A stretch of DNA of 63,763 bases, counting the filler. It is 13 parts of 13 records of this genome, joined end to end, with 100 filler letters (N's around TTAATTAATTAA, not from the genome) between each part and the next. Parts side by side here need not be neighbours in the genome. Positions count along the whole stretch, not along the records: positions 31,950 to 39,026 come from SRR15195285_2506; positions 39,127 to 46,825 come from SRR15195285_2510; positions 46,926 to 52,530 come from SRR15195285_2511; 10 more parts are not named here. The stretch is one strand, 5' to 3'. The position numbers and the translations under genes are program-made. Every line of letters starts with the position of its first letter. The first letter of the stretch is position 1. The notes under the pieces are model-generated. The model did not search any database. It was not told where the DNA came from and worked only from the letters and a program-made list of their open reading frames with translations. This document shows positions 33,997-46,957 of the stretch, piece after piece.

Positions 33997-35280
33997 ATGC
34001 TGATCGACGGCTCCGTCCGACGCTCGCCGCGGCACATGCCGGCGGTCGATCTCACCGCCGCCGCCGCCGCGACAGCCGAGGCGGCCAGGGCGGCGCGCAG
34101 GCGGGCCAACGCTGCTCGCGCTTATGCAGCGGCGCAGCGACGGGGGGTCATCGCTGCTGTCGCACCGTCCGCGGCGGCGCGGCGCGGTGCTGCTAGTCGG
34201 CGGCCGCAGTCGGCGCCGTTCAGGCACAGCCGGGGTTTGCAGAGCGTGCAGCGGCAGCTGGAGCATGAGTATAAGGTGGCGCGGCTGAGCAAGTCGCGCG
34301 CCGATGAGGATTTGATGGCCGTGCTGCATTCCCGTATGGACTCGCAGGCAGCGTCGTTTGCAAAGCTGATGTACTCGGTCGAACGTGATCGGACGTGTGC
34401 AGCTGCGTCGGCAACGAGGCCTAACGAGGCCACGTCACGTCTCGATGGAACACTCTCGTGGTCGCATGAACGAGAGCCAGACCCAGAGCCGGAGCTGGAG
34501 CTGATAGACCACGTGGAGGTTGACGCTGTTCGAATCGCGTGCCTGTCGTCGATGGACAACGCAATCACCGAAGCGCGTTGGGCGAACGACAGGGTCCGGC
34601 TGCTAGCGCAGGAGAAGGCCGCGCGGGAGATCGGCCCGCGTGTCGCGGCGGCTCAGGAAGCCGCACGTGCTGCACAGCGCAGGAAGCTCGAGGCAGCGAG
34701 GCACTTGGCGCAGGTTGCTGAGGAACAGGCTGTACTGAGGGCTAAAGCAGCAGCAGCGACGCTTGCGATGGCGCAGGGTACAGCAGCCGAGATAGTTGCA
34801 GCTGCGATCGATTTAGCCACAGAGGAGGAGGCAGCAGAAGAGACCGAAAGGTGGGAGGAACAAGAAGCGTTGCGGCTCGCCGTCGAGTCCACACAGCAGG
34901 CGGAGGAAGAAGCGGCTGCGCGCATAGCAGCGGAGGAGGCGGCTGCGCGAGTGAAAGCACAGAAGCGTGCGGAAGCTCGCGAGCGCCTCGCTGCAGCGGT
35001 GCAATACGCGAAAGAAGAGGCGGCGCTAGCTGCGGACACTAGCTGTTTGCGTGGGCCAGTTCTGGTGCGGGCGGTAGCAAACAGATCGACAGGACGGATC
35101 CGTCACGATGTCGCGCCGCGGGAAAGCGTTTTTCAAGAAGACCCAGGGCGTCTGGGCCGATTCGACAAGGTAGCCAATGCGGAGCTGGCGCGAGTTGCAT
35201 TGCTATGGCAGCAGGCGAATGAGGACATGCCGCCTCACAGAGTTCCCAACTTGTTCAATCGCGGGACGCGGGGTAATTGA
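33997..35280 (+). CDS. Hypothetical Ala/Glu-rich coiled-coil protein
   Basis: 427-aa ORF, no recognisable domain. Confidence 0.65.
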   Translation: MLIDGSVRRSPRHMPAVDLTAAAAATAEAARAARRRANAARAYAAAQRRGVIAAVAPSAAARRGAASRRPQSAPFRHSRGLQSVQRQLEHEYKVARLSKSRADEDLMAVLHSRMDSQAASFAKLMYSVERDRTCAAASATRPNEATSRLDGTLSWSHEREPDPEPELELIDHVEVDAVRIACLSSMDNAITEARWANDRVRLLAQEKAAREIGPRVAAAQEAARAAQRRKLEAARHLAQVAEEQAVLRAKAAAATLAMAQGTAAEIVAAAIDLATEEEAAEETERWEEQEALRLAVESTQQAEEEAAARIAAEEAAARVKAQKRAEARERLAAAVQYAKEEAALAADTSCLRGPVLVRAVANRSTGRIRHDVAPRESVFQEDPGRLGRFDKVANAELARVALLWQQANEDMPPHRVPNLFNRGTRGN

Positions 35281-35319
35281 AGCTATTGCTGGCTCGGTCT
35301 CATCGTTTCGATTGTACGA

Positions 35320-38300
35320 TTACTCTACTTGGCCAGTGGGTGCCTGCGTCGTCGTTTCTCCTTGGTCGCTTTCGGATTTGTCTAGCGGTGCAGCGCCCAC
35401 TGCGATGCCTTCATCTACCACATTATCTTGAGACATCCCACTACTGTTCTCGTCGGCAGCATTAGCAGAAATTGTCTGCTCTGGCTCGTTTTCTGGCAGT
35501 TCGGTCGCTGCTGTCTGCAATGCTGCCACTTTGGTGCCAGCTTCTAGTGCACTCAGCTCCTCGATTCCAGCCGCGGTTGCCGTCTTGGTAACGTCGGGGT
35601 CGCTGTTGCCGTCGACCTTGGTCTTGGATTTCACAAGCTCTTGTTTCTGCTTCTTCTTCTTCTCCTCTTTAGCTTTCATCATCATCATTACCTTGTCGAC
35701 CTTCGGGGCCACGACCGCGACCGAAGTTAGATCTACCTCAATCGGTGTAATCTCAATTCGAGCTCCGGTTAGCGGCGGGCCGCGCGGCTTCTTGTGTTTC
35801 TTTTCCCATGGCTGTAAGGATTCTTCGCTGCTGTTTAACGCAGTGTTCTCTTCCTTCGTTTCATCGTCAGGGCCATTTGTATCTGAGAGGGAAGCAGCAG
35901 CCGCCACTGCGTTCTTCTTCCTGCGCGCCGCTTTGGTCTTTAGCTTGAGCATCACCTGGTCCACACCACCTTGCTTCCGTTCGTCCGAGCGCGTTCCCTC
36001 AGGAGAGTTGCTTTCGGAAAAGGAATCATTTGTTTCTTCATCAACTATGTCCTCAGCGTCAACATCGTTTTGATGAGGCACAGATGAATTAGCAAATACA
36101 GCTCGGGTTCGCGGTTTCGCTAGAGGTTGTGCTCGATCGTTCTTCGACAGCTGCTGACTGGATTTACTCAGCGATCGTCTCCGATCACGCTGGGAAGATT
36201 GCTGTAACTCCATAGCAGATGCTGCGCGTCGTGGGGCTGTTGCCTGGTCAGAGGTTTGCTTGCTTCGCGTCGACGAGGACTTGTATCTTAAATCTCGCTG
36301 GTCAAATCTATGCTTTTCACGCTGCCCGAGTCTAGATACGCGTGTTGGTCTAAGGAACGATGCTGTTGCATCCACCAGTGGTGTCAGCATCACCCCGCCG
36401 CGTATCCCTTCGCTACCTTGCGATCTTCTGCGAACTGGCTTCGGTCCACCGAGACTGTCGCGTCCGTTTGGCATCGAGCTTCGGTTGCACATAGCTTGTG
36501 ACGCGGATGTAGGCGCCATCCACCCCACAGCTGCGCTGGTGTCTTGGCCTCTGCGTCTCCGTCGCAACAGCATTGTTGAAGGCGGTCCCTGCTGTTGCAG
36601 TAATCCATGAGTTTCCAGACTCAGATCGTCACTACTATCCATGTTAACGACTCTTTTGTCTGGTGCCGCTGCGTAATCAGATTCGGGGCCGATGTCTGAC
36701 AGAAACGCCGACGTACAACCAACAAGAAAGGCTTTGTACTCCTTGGTGCCAATGAATCCGTCAGAATCACTGTCAATGGCTCTGAAGAGCTGACGGAGTT
36801 CCTCCTCAGCAGTCGCATTCGCAAACAAAGCATCCTCTCCATCGAAAGACTCACGGCAGGCAGCTCGTACAGACTGTTTGAACTGCATTTGCAAGCGGCC
36901 AGAGACAGACAACACCAGTCAAGTTTATGGATGGTATTGGTGGGAACAGAAAAGGTCAGGTATATACTAGAGGTCTAGCACACAGTCAGCGCATGACAGA
37001 CAATATTCGGCAACGGTCGCGTACCTCTCGCCACTGCATGCAGCGCGCGCGCGTCCGGTCGTAGCGACAGAAAGCTTTGGCCCAGCCTTGTAACGTTTGT
37101 GCTGCGAGAAGGCGCCGGGCAACTGGTGCGCACTGCACGTGCAATGAGCTCACCGACGCAGCCTTGTCACGAGCTCGACGCCGAGCCACATCACGCTGCT
37201 GCATCCAATGCCGATTGCTGGCAGCTTGTCCTCCCGTGCCAAGAGGCTTGCGTCGTCGCCGACCACGAACGCCACCGCCGCGCACCCCACGATTAAGTCC
37301 TAATCCCGGAGCAATCTTGACTCTACGCTTCGGCCCCATGCGTGCTCTAGGCAGACGTTGCCCACGCCTTGGCGGGGGGCCTCTGAAGCGAGGTGCTTGT
37401 TTACGCCGGGCCACGTGACTATTCTGTCGCATCTTTCTCCGTCTAGCACGTCGATGTTGCAGTAGAAAGTCGCGTAACTCGACATCTCTCACAAATCCAT
37501 CCGAGTCGCCATCACAGAACATGAATAAGTCTGCGACAACATCGTCCTCAACATACCGTTTGTCCATGTCGTGCTGTGACGCAACATGTCGCAGCGCTCC
37601 AGCAAACTCCGGAAACGTCAACATGCCGCGTCCAGGTTTTGACCTACCAAAGCTACGAAACAGCTTGTCCAATGCGAATGCAGACTTTGACATGAACGCT
37701 GCCTCGCCAGAGGATCCGCCGCCGAAGACTTGCACTAAAGCGTGCGCAAAGTGAGCTAGAATCAACGATTTCTTGCTCTCTTCCTCCTGCTGTTCGTGAT
37801 GAGGCTGTTGTACCACAGTGTTTGCGGGCCCACCTTCATAGGACATGAGACAAAACGACTCCACATCACTTGTCTTCAACTCTCCAATGCCGTTCGCGCC
37901 ATCAACATCCAAAGCGTTCGGCAAAGGTCCACGTACCCGATCGCGTCGGTCAATGATGTCCTGCTCAGATCCAGTTGCTTTCGCGTATGCTGCGGAAGCC
38001 TGTGCTGCTAGCTGTGCCCTCTTTGCTTTCACCGCGGCCTGTGCTTCTGCCGCCTTGCGTCCTGACAGACAAAGAAACAAGTGTCACACAGATGCAGCAA
38101 GCACAACGATGCCTGAAAGACGTTTTCATCCAGAATGAGCAGACGCTCGACTTACGCATCTCCATCAACTCTGCAGCACGAGTCTTTGGAGGACTATTCT
38201 CTCCTGGGGGTGAAAGGTGTGATGGCCGCAACGAATTCTCAGGTGCTGCAGCAGTCTCGGCCTTAGTGTCATGGACTTCAGCCTTAACCTCCTCTGCGTT

Positions 38301-39026
38301 ACGTCCTGAGGTCAACATGTGCACCACGTATGCAATCATAGGACGGACTCTTACAAGACAAGTGGAACCATACGAGACAAACGATGCATTAGCATGCCCG
38401 TACGCGTTTCCGCCAGCTGCGCAGTCCGACCCTTGCCTTTGGCTTTCAGGTCATATCGTGATGACATTCCACTAACAGCAGCCTGCCCCTGCTGGGATGA
38501 TCCAACGTCTGTCTTGCCCACAGCAAGTTCACGCTGGAGCCGAGTAGGTGTCGCATCAGCAAGTATACCCGCTGCAGCCTTGAGCTCGGCCTCACGCGGC
38601 CGGGCCTTGTCTGGCTTGCGCTGTAAAAAGCTGTCTCTCAGTTCTAGATGCTGCTGCTGGTGCTGCGGACGTTGCACTGCTGTGGTCAACGGGTCAACGG
38701 TATTGAACTCATCGTCGTCCTCGTCCCCGATCAGTTGCCCTGTCAGCTCCCGTTGTACCTGCGGATTGTCTGCGGCGAGCTGTTTCAGCAATGCTCGCAT
38801 GCGCTTATCGTCCATTCCATCCACGACAGACTCAATATTCCATGATCCTGCATCTGTTCTTGAACCAGCGTCACCACCTCCATTCCCCCCACGTCGCCGA
38901 CGTCGACGATACTGCTGGGGTTGGGACTGGGGCTGGGGCTGGGGCTGGGGCTCTGGCTCTGGCTGCGGCTCCGCCTCTGATGACGGCTCGCCCATCGCCC
39001 TCTGCAGTGACTCGGAAATTGCCGAG
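35320..39026 (-). CDS. Multi-exon EF-hand protein with disordered regions, probably 5'-truncated
   Basis: Collinear ORFs 38351-38995, 36986-38080 and 35320-36915 with EF-hand loops DGDSDGFVRDVE and DSDSDGFIGTKE; exon joins not fully resolved. Confidence 0.65.
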
Positions 39027-39126
39027 NNNNNNNNNNNNNNNNNNNNNNNNNNNNNNNNNNNNNNNNNNNNTTAATTAATTAANNNNNNNNNNNNNNNNNN
39101 NNNNNNNNNNNNNNNNNNNNNNNNNN

Positions 39127-42100
39127 AGCAGCAGCAGCAGCAGCAGCAGCAGGAAGGATATGGCGGCGACTCTCAGTCAGTGATTGGACACGGTTCGTCC
39201 TTTATGAGCGATTCATACAGTGTACACAGCAGCGCGACAGCCGCGCCTCCGCAGTTCGGCAGCGCAGCGCAGAACCCAAGTTCAAATGCCGCAGTTTCAA
39301 ACGCGGTGCGAGAGGCTGAGAACCGCCACAAGAGTGGCGACATTCAGGGCACGCTCAGCGCTATCGAAGACGCGATTGCGTATGGGTTTCAGAGCGCTGA
39401 GGCGCTCAGTGTCAAGTTGTTGATGCGAAAAGTGTCCACCCAACTGGTCGATGACGCGATGACAGCTAAGTCGGAAGCCGAAGCAGCAAAGGATTACGCA
39501 AAAAGCCGCGATGCTGAGGTATATGACCTAGCCGTTGGCAAGAAACGGATTGAAGACGAGTCTGTTTCGGAACGACAGAAACTTGCGGACGAAATGATGC
39601 GCGCAAAGCGTGAGACTGACTCATTGGCCGACACGCTTCAGCGTGCGAACCAGGAGAAAGCTAAAGCCGATAAAGACGTTGAGCAGATGCGTGGAATGCT
39701 TGAAAATCAACGAGTCACGTGGGAAAACGAGAAGAGATCCCTAGAGTACGATCGGACCTCTTTGGATTCTGGGACAAAGAAGCTCAACGCGCAGCTTCAA
39801 GAGGTGCAAGGTCAATTCGAGCAGCAAAAAGCAGAGCTAGAGAAGCTAACCGAAAAACTCCGTTGCTCAGAACGTGACAAACTGGTGCGTGAGAAAGAAG
39901 CAAAGGACCTGGAATTGGAGGTTGCAAAAGTACAGCAGAAAGCAAATGACTTATCTCAAGCGCAGTCTGACGCTACCACTGAGATCGAAGAGGCCAAGAA
40001 GGAAGCTGCAACGAGAGCTGAGGAGCTCGAGGCTGAAATCGGTCGGTTGCAGCAGGAGGTGACAGCAGCTCAGCAACACGCCGAGGCGGAGGCCACCCGG
40101 GCGGACCAAGGCTGGGACAAAGCGAAGGAGGCCGCAAATAAGGTCGATGAACAGTTATCCAGGGCACGGGACGCTGAGAACCAAATGGCGTTGATGGAAA
40201 GAGAGCTGGACCAGATAGCACCTCGAGTGGATGCTGCGGAGGCACGTGCCACCAGAGCCGAAGATCGCATTGACAAAGAAGTGGAGCGAGCAGACAGGGA
40301 GGCTGCACGCGCGGAGCAAGCTCGTGAGGCTCTTGTGCAGCTACAGAACGAGTCCCAAAATGACGCCCAGCGCCTGAAGGAGTTTGCAGCTGTGCATGAG
40401 CAGCTGGAACGGTTGCAGTCAGAGCTCGCAAATTCCAGGGACGATCTGAAAAGGAGCGAGGCAAATTCAATCATAAAACTCAAGGAGGCACAGGAAGTAG
40501 CGGTGCATCATTCTCGACAGTTGGAAGAAGCATCACAGCTGCTCGAGCATCTTGATCTTGACCTAAATGACATTGATGCAGATCGCATTGATGCGCTCAA
40601 GGCGGCGGAGAAACGACTTCCATCACTTGAGCGAGAACTTGCTGAAAATATCGAAGCGTGGCAAAAGGAGATACAGGAGAAAGATGCCGTGCTGCAAGAG
40701 TTTGCAGAAACTTCAGCTATTCAGATTTCGAATCGTGATGTCGAGCTGGAGCGGCAGATGGCGGAGCATGCTAAACAGATGGCTGAGCTTAGAAGTGAGT
40801 TGGATGAGGCTCGCAATGCCACAGAAGAGCACGAGCAGGCTACGGAAACTAAACAGATGGAGCTGCAGCAGCTTCAGGACGAAGCGAAACTACAGCTTGA
40901 CTCGGCAAATGAAGCATGGGAAGCACAAGTTGCTGAGCTGAATTTAACCATTGACCGATTGCAAGACAGAAACCAACACCTGTTGGAGGACACGAAAAGT
41001 ATGGCAGCACAATCCGAGACAACACTGAAAAAACACAAGGAGGCACAGCGTGCACAGGTGGAGAAACTGAGCGCTGCAATTGCTAAGAAAGATACAGATG
41101 TGAAGGACTTGAAGAAAAAGGTCAAGACACTAGCGAAAAGTTTGCAGGAGCAAACTCGTGAGTCGGAAGCACAAGCAGAACAGTCGACAAAGCACTTGAA
41201 CGACGTCAAAAAGAAGTTTGAAGAGGAACATAAGAAATGGGTGCAATCTTTAACGGACGAGCGCAGCAAGTTCCAGAATTTGTTGGTGTCCAACCGCGAG
41301 AAAGTAGCCCAAGAGATGATGGCTAAGCTAAATGCCGAACGTGACAACAGAGCTGTTGAAGCCGATCATATCCGCCACGAGCATGCGAAACTGGCAGCAA
41401 GTCTCTCGCGTAAAATGGAGGAGGCCGTTACTGATGCACGGAGTACTATGGAAGCTGCTTCGCGCGCTACATCTGCTGCGCCAAGTCCACAAAGAAAACC
41501 AGTGCGCGCACCAGCCTCTGTTTCATCATCACCCAACGCTAGTGAGGTGAGCGTAACAGAAGAGCATACAGAAAGGCTGCATATGATATGGCAAGAGAAG
41601 ATGGATCAGCAAAAGCAGCACTGGGAAACTGAGCTTGAGGTCAGTCAAAAAGACCGCCAACAGCTGGCTGAGCGCATTGCATCATCTACAGAGGAGCTTA
41701 AAGAAGTACAAGCACAACTCCTACAGGCAAGACAACAGCTTGTAGAAGAGGGACGAGGTGCAGAACAGTCAAAGGTTGCGAGCAAGGATGCCACAGACAA
41801 GGTATCGCAGCTACAGCTCGAAATAGAGACGCTACAACAAGGATCGAGGCAGGCCGAAGAGTTGTACAATCAACAGCTTGCTGATCAAGGCAGCGCATTG
41901 AGAGCTCAAATTTCTGCGTCTGTTGCACAAATTAAATCTCTCAAGATAGAAATCGACCAAATGGCTTCTTCACTCGACGAAGCCCAATCCGAAGTACTAG
42001 CAGCACGGGAAGACCAGTTCGCAGCGAAGCTAAAGGTGCAGGAGCTTGAGCGACAGCTCAAAGACACCAGTGGACTGGTGGCAGTACAGGCAGATCTAGA

Positions 42101-44328
42101 CCGGACACAAGCTGAGGTCATTTCACTTACGCGCGAGCTCACAAACATGAAAAGTGTGGCCGAGGAGGCTAGAATGGAACAAAAGGCGGCGGCTGCAGCA
42201 GTGTCACAACGGGACGCAAAAATAGCGGCACTCGTTAAAGCTGCCGAAGAGAGCGATGACCTGCGCGAGCGCTTACGTGAGGAACAAGCATCGCAACAAG
42301 CTACACAGCAAGCCAAACAACTGGCGGCTAAGACGCAACAAATAGAGGCTTTGAAAGAGGCCGCAACCGTAGCACAGCAAGCACTGGACACGGCGCAGCA
42401 AGAGCAGGATCGCCTCAAGAGCGAACAAGTCGCAGCTTCTCGGCGTTACCATGGTCTGGAAAGTACTGTTGCGCAACATCAGCTACGTGAGCAACAGTTG
42501 AAAGATGTTGTGGCTGCGCGCGAAGCAGCGCTGGAGGAAAAGACGGAGGAGCTTGCTGCGCTGGTCGCGAGTACCAAGGATGAAGCTGCCGGTGCTCAAG
42601 CTACAGCAGATATCCTGGAGAAAGAGTTGGCTGCTGCCATAGAAGCTCGGGACAATGCGCTCCAGTCTGTGGCAACTTCGGAGCAGGCATCTTCAGCTGA
42701 GCTCGTCAAAGCTGAAGAACACATTGTGGAATTGGAGGCCAGACTGCAGGCAGAAAGAGAGGCTTTGGAAAGTGAGGCGGCTCGCGCTGATGCGGCCGAG
42801 GCCGAAAAGAGGCAGTTGGACCTGTTGATGCAGACCATTGTGCGTAGATTCGAAACTCAGGCATCGGAAGCAGTCGAGATGACGGAATCCTTTACACCCG
42901 CATCGCCTGCAAGGTTCGGAAGCGGCGATCCTTCGGCCAAAGAGGAGTCCGAATGGACCCCAAGTGTTCTTCAAGACATGACTCTCGATGATCTGCCAGT
43001 TGGGACAGATGCGGCAACACTTCGTATACCATCAATGCCTGAGCTCCCAGCGACTCCTTCTGCCGCATTACGCCGAAGAGGTTCGGCTGTATCTGCGAGT
43101 ACTGTTGATTCTGCAGAGAGCGATCGCGATTCAGAAGTAGAGTTGCTTCGAGGCATAACATCGGCTGAGATGGGATCAGATGCTACCAAGGAAACTCGAT
43201 CTGATAGTGCTGCAACGGCAACAGCTGCACCTACAACACCATCTACTTCAAACATTCAGAATCTTGCGGACCTTGCTGTGGAGACCAGTGGCGACATTGC
43301 TTTATCTGGATCTGATCCTCAAACCAGCGAGGACAACACGGCCATGGCGTCTCCGACATCGTCCGGCGAGGCACGTGATCAGTTTGAAGAGTACACTGAG
43401 CCAACACAGCCGCATTCAACTGGAAAGACAACACCAGCAAAACCCTCCGCAGTGGAAGCTTTTGTCGCAGCAGAGGCTGAGACGTCTTTCACCACGTCAC
43501 CGAATGGTGATTACGCTGCGAGTAGCTCAGCGTCTGTCATCTCGGAAGTGCCAAGCCAACCAACCACATCGCGCTCACACGAGGCCATCTCAGCACCTGT
43601 GTCAGCACCGTTGACTCCGCACGCGAGTCCGCCCGGCCAAGCAGCAGTGCCCCCGATCAACTTGGCTGCAGTTGCCAGCACCGAGCCACAACGGATGCCA
43701 AAGCGGTGAGAATATTTCTTTCTTAGTGCCATCGACACACAGAATCGTCAGAACATGTAGCGACATGAGATCAATTTTCTGTACAGCACACCGATAGAAA
43801 CACAGCTTGTTGGATATCTTTAACAAATTGCGTTACTTTCTGCCAGGGGCCGACAAGCATTGCGACAAGATCAGGTGGAGCAGATCGCTGCAGCTCTCGG
43901 CTTACCACCTCACAAGCTTACAGACGAACTACTCGAGAAGCCGTCCGTTCTGGCGCTAATCGGTGCGCGTCAAACTATCTCATCATGTGCACGGCTGCAG
44001 TCCGATTGCAACTGATGCTCATCGAGTTTTCTCCTGGCAATGAGTCTTGAAACATATCTATGGACTGGATGCAACTAACCGCTCTTTACTGCTCGCTGGC
44101 TTTTGCCCATTCTTTCTTGCAGACTCTTCCGCTGGCAACGCTGCACAGATAGCAGAAGCGAAGCCATCCTCACCACAAGACCCGTCGAGGGTCGCAGCAC
44201 GCGCAAAAGTTGCGGCCACTGTTGCAATGGCCGCCACAAAGGGCAAAAAGAAGGGGACTACCGCAGAGGGCGAAGATGACCGACGACGCCCAGCTAGGGG
44301 GCGTGGGCGTAGAGCACCACGGCGGTAA
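39127..44328 (+). CDS. Long coiled-coil protein with Ser/Pro/Thr-rich tail, 5'-truncated; short 3' exons beyond 43706
   Basis: 1509-aa open frame of heptad-rich sequence; begins in a CAG repeat at the contig edge; GTGAG donor at the ORF end. Confidence 0.8.
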
Positions 44329-44394
44329 CATACTGGGCTAACATACAGGGCAGTCTTGGATTCGTTCTATGCATATAAGTCAGAATAGCATCCA

Positions 44395-46383
44395 TTATCG
44401 TTCGTCTACTAGATCGCAGCGGACAGCATGAAGGGAGCGACGCAAAGCTTCCCATACAGACGTTGTGTCCAAACCCATCTGCCCTGCGCTTCTTTTGCCC
44501 TCTCCTTCGCCAGTTGATGCCATGCTACCAGCTGCAACTACTGCATGGAAAGGCAGATCGCTTCGCTGTCGCCTCTTAATCTCCATCAAAACAACAGTCC
44601 GAGTCTGGCGCCAGCCTGGGTGAACGACAAAAGTTCTACTGCCCGCTCCATCGCCGACCCACGGACAAAAACTGCGGTGCTCCAATCGGGCATCGAAGCA
44701 ACCTGCAATCTCATCGTCTGCATCTGCTTCGCTGTCCTCCATATCAGAGTCATCCGAAAGAGATGGAGCGTTGATGGCACTGTATCTACTTTGTTCTTCC
44801 CGCAGCCGCTTATTAGGCCTCGAATCTCCTGCTGCCCGCAGAGGAGTGTCCCAGAGCAGCGCTTCTGCAGTAAAATGCCCTGACCACCTCCGTGGGCTGC
44901 TCTGTCCCGAGTCTGGCTGGGTATCAGCGATACTCGCTGCGTAGTGGCCGACTAGCTGCGGCTCAAAGCCACCCAGAGAAGGGTGTCGACCACGCTTGTA
45001 GCTGCTCACGATGTCAAAAGTGTGCGGTGTTGCCGCTGCAGCAGATAGAGAAGCGGTCGATCTCTCCACAGCAGAGGGAGTTTTGCCGCCAAGCGGAGGT
45101 GGCTGGGTGCGTTGAAGTTTGTTCGATCGCCCCGTCTGCTTTGCAACTTTCTGCTCGTGGTGCTTCAGCTTGGATTGCATGAGTGCACTGAAATTCCACA
45201 CCCCACAGGTACGACCGCAGAGATCACACTGCAGCACGCCGTTGCAGTCATCATTGGGTGCTATTGGCCCGAGGGGACTGCTGCTGCCGCAGCTGGAAAG
45301 ACCATGTTGCGCATTCGAGATTCTGATTGTCCACCCAAACAGCGCCAACATACATGCCGCGTGGGCAGTGTCGGCGAGAGTCTCAGGGAAGCCAGCGAGC
45401 GCTGCCAGGTTGCGCGGTGCTGGCCTGTCTGCAGCCAGCTCCTCGATTTCGCCTCCCGGGGCAAGTTGAGCGATCGACTGCACACGAGGAAGCCACGACG
45501 TCTCGCGTTGATATTGAAGTAGATCTTGGAGGCGAGATAAGAACGATGCGAACAGCTTGTCTCCGTCTGAAGGTGGAAACTCAAGGAAGCCAGAGGGACA
45601 TGGTTCCTTGCGCCATGGACACTCAAATTTGTGGGCATCGCTCAGCCGTTGAGTAAACGCATCGATTGTTGATGTCCACTCCTGATCACTATCCGAGACT
45701 GGAGCACGATAGGTGATGCGGCATTCGCAGCTCCGACATGCCAGGGCGTCAGTACTAACGCAGATCCAGCCGAAGCGCGCGCACACCATTGGCGACAGCT
45801 GACTCGGCGGCGCGAACCAGTAAGACGGTTTGAACGTCTTTACACGCACAAAGAAGTCGTCGCGGCTCCACGGCCGACACTGCGTTTGATCTCTCGAGCT
45901 CGCCCCCGCTGCGGCCGTGATTGTCGTGGCCACCGTTGTGGGTGATACCATGCGGTTAGGCGAGGGACTCGCCAGGATCTGCTTCAACGCAGAGTCAATT
46001 CGAGCTGCTCGATCTCCGCTCGGAGCAGCCGCTGGTGTGCTAGGGGCAGGTGTGCGATGCTGCACCGGTGCTGCCGGCTTAGCTTCACTGGTAGACTGCG
46101 CCTTCTTTGGCTTGGTGGTCTCAGGTACCTGCGCTGCTTTGGTCTGATTACCGGCCGGCTGCTTACCTGGCCCTTTCGCGGCGCCTCCTCCGACCTTGCT
46201 CTTCCTGGCTGGCTGCGCAGCCCCGCCGGCGGCTGCCGTCCCTGGCACGCTGTTCTGCTTTGCCCGCTTTGCCGGCGGGATGCTCTTGGAATTGCTGGAC
46301 TGCGCCCGCCCCCCGCGCCCGCCGCCCTTCGTTCCTCGCCCACCCCGTCCTCGACCCCGGCCGCCGCGCCCTTTCGGCGGCAT
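44395..46383 (-). CDS. zf-C3HC/Rsm1 protein (NIPA/ZC3HC1/Pml39-like) with N-terminal RGG tract
   Basis: CRPWSRDDFFVRVKTF...LSPMVCARFGW...LACRSC...AHKFECPW; LALFGW...LQCDLC; FDARLEHRSFCPW. Confidence 0.88.
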   Translation of the reverse strand: MPPKGRGGRGRGRGGRGTKGGGRGGRAQSSNSKSIPPAKRAKQNSVPGTAAAGGAAQPARKSKVGGGAAKGPGKQPAGNQTKAAQVPETTKPKKAQSTSEAKPAAPVQHRTPAPSTPAAAPSGDRAARIDSALKQILASPSPNRMVSPTTVATTITAAAGASSRDQTQCRPWSRDDFFVRVKTFKPSYWFAPPSQLSPMVCARFGWICVSTDALACRSCECRITYRAPVSDSDQEWTSTIDAFTQRLSDAHKFECPWRKEPCPSGFLEFPPSDGDKLFASFLSRLQDLLQYQRETSWLPRVQSIAQLAPGGEIEELAADRPAPRNLAALAGFPETLADTAHAACMLALFGWTIRISNAQHGLSSCGSSSPLGPIAPNDDCNGVLQCDLCGRTCGVWNFSALMQSKLKHHEQKVAKQTGRSNKLQRTQPPPLGGKTPSAVERSTASLSAAAATPHTFDIVSSYKRGRHPSLGGFEPQLVGHYAASIADTQPDSGQSSPRRWSGHFTAEALLWDTPLRAAGDSRPNKRLREEQSRYSAINAPSLSDDSDMEDSEADADDEIAGCFDARLEHRSFCPWVGDGAGSRTFVVHPGWRQTRTVVLMEIKRRQRSDLPFHAVVAAGSMASTGEGEGKRSAGQMGLDTTSVWEALRRSLHAVRCDLVDER

Positions 46384-46957
46384 CTTTCAAGCGTCTCTAC
46401 AGATTTTATGCCAACGAGAAGCGCTGGCTGTCTGGCAGCAGGCGGCGCAAGGCGAGGTCTTGAGCTAGAGGGGCTCTCTCCCTCCCTCCCTCTCTGTCTC
46501 GAGATAGCGGTCTCTGTCTCTCCGGGATACAGCGAGAGCCGTCGTCCCTCAGCCTGAACTCCTTCGCGTACGCTGCCAGGGCTACGCGGCTGTAGCTCAA
46601 AATGCGTGCCGGCGGCGTGCGTGTTCATGAGTGCATGTGTACACCTTGTACGCGCGGATACGCTCGTGTGGCGTATATCGATATTCGCCCGCGCGGTGCG
46701 TATTTGAGTGTACACTACGTTATAGTATACGTATGCCGTGTTAGGCGGGTGGTGCACAATTCGTGACTCTCGTACGGACTACCCGGGTACGCGCGGGCGC
46801 GCGGGTGTACGACAATCGACATACANNNNNNNNNNNNNNNNNNNNNNNNNNNNNNNNNNNNNNNNNNNNTTAATTAATTAANNNNNNNNNNNNNNNNNNN
46901 NNNNNNNNNNNNNNNNNNNNNNNNNTGCATTCTGCCCGACCACAAAATCACATTGCC

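Noticed and set aside
38914-39151. Pro-Gln and CAG simple repeats (also GGGCAC at 25459-25488)
   Set aside because: Ordinary low-complexity coding repeats at or near assembly breaks
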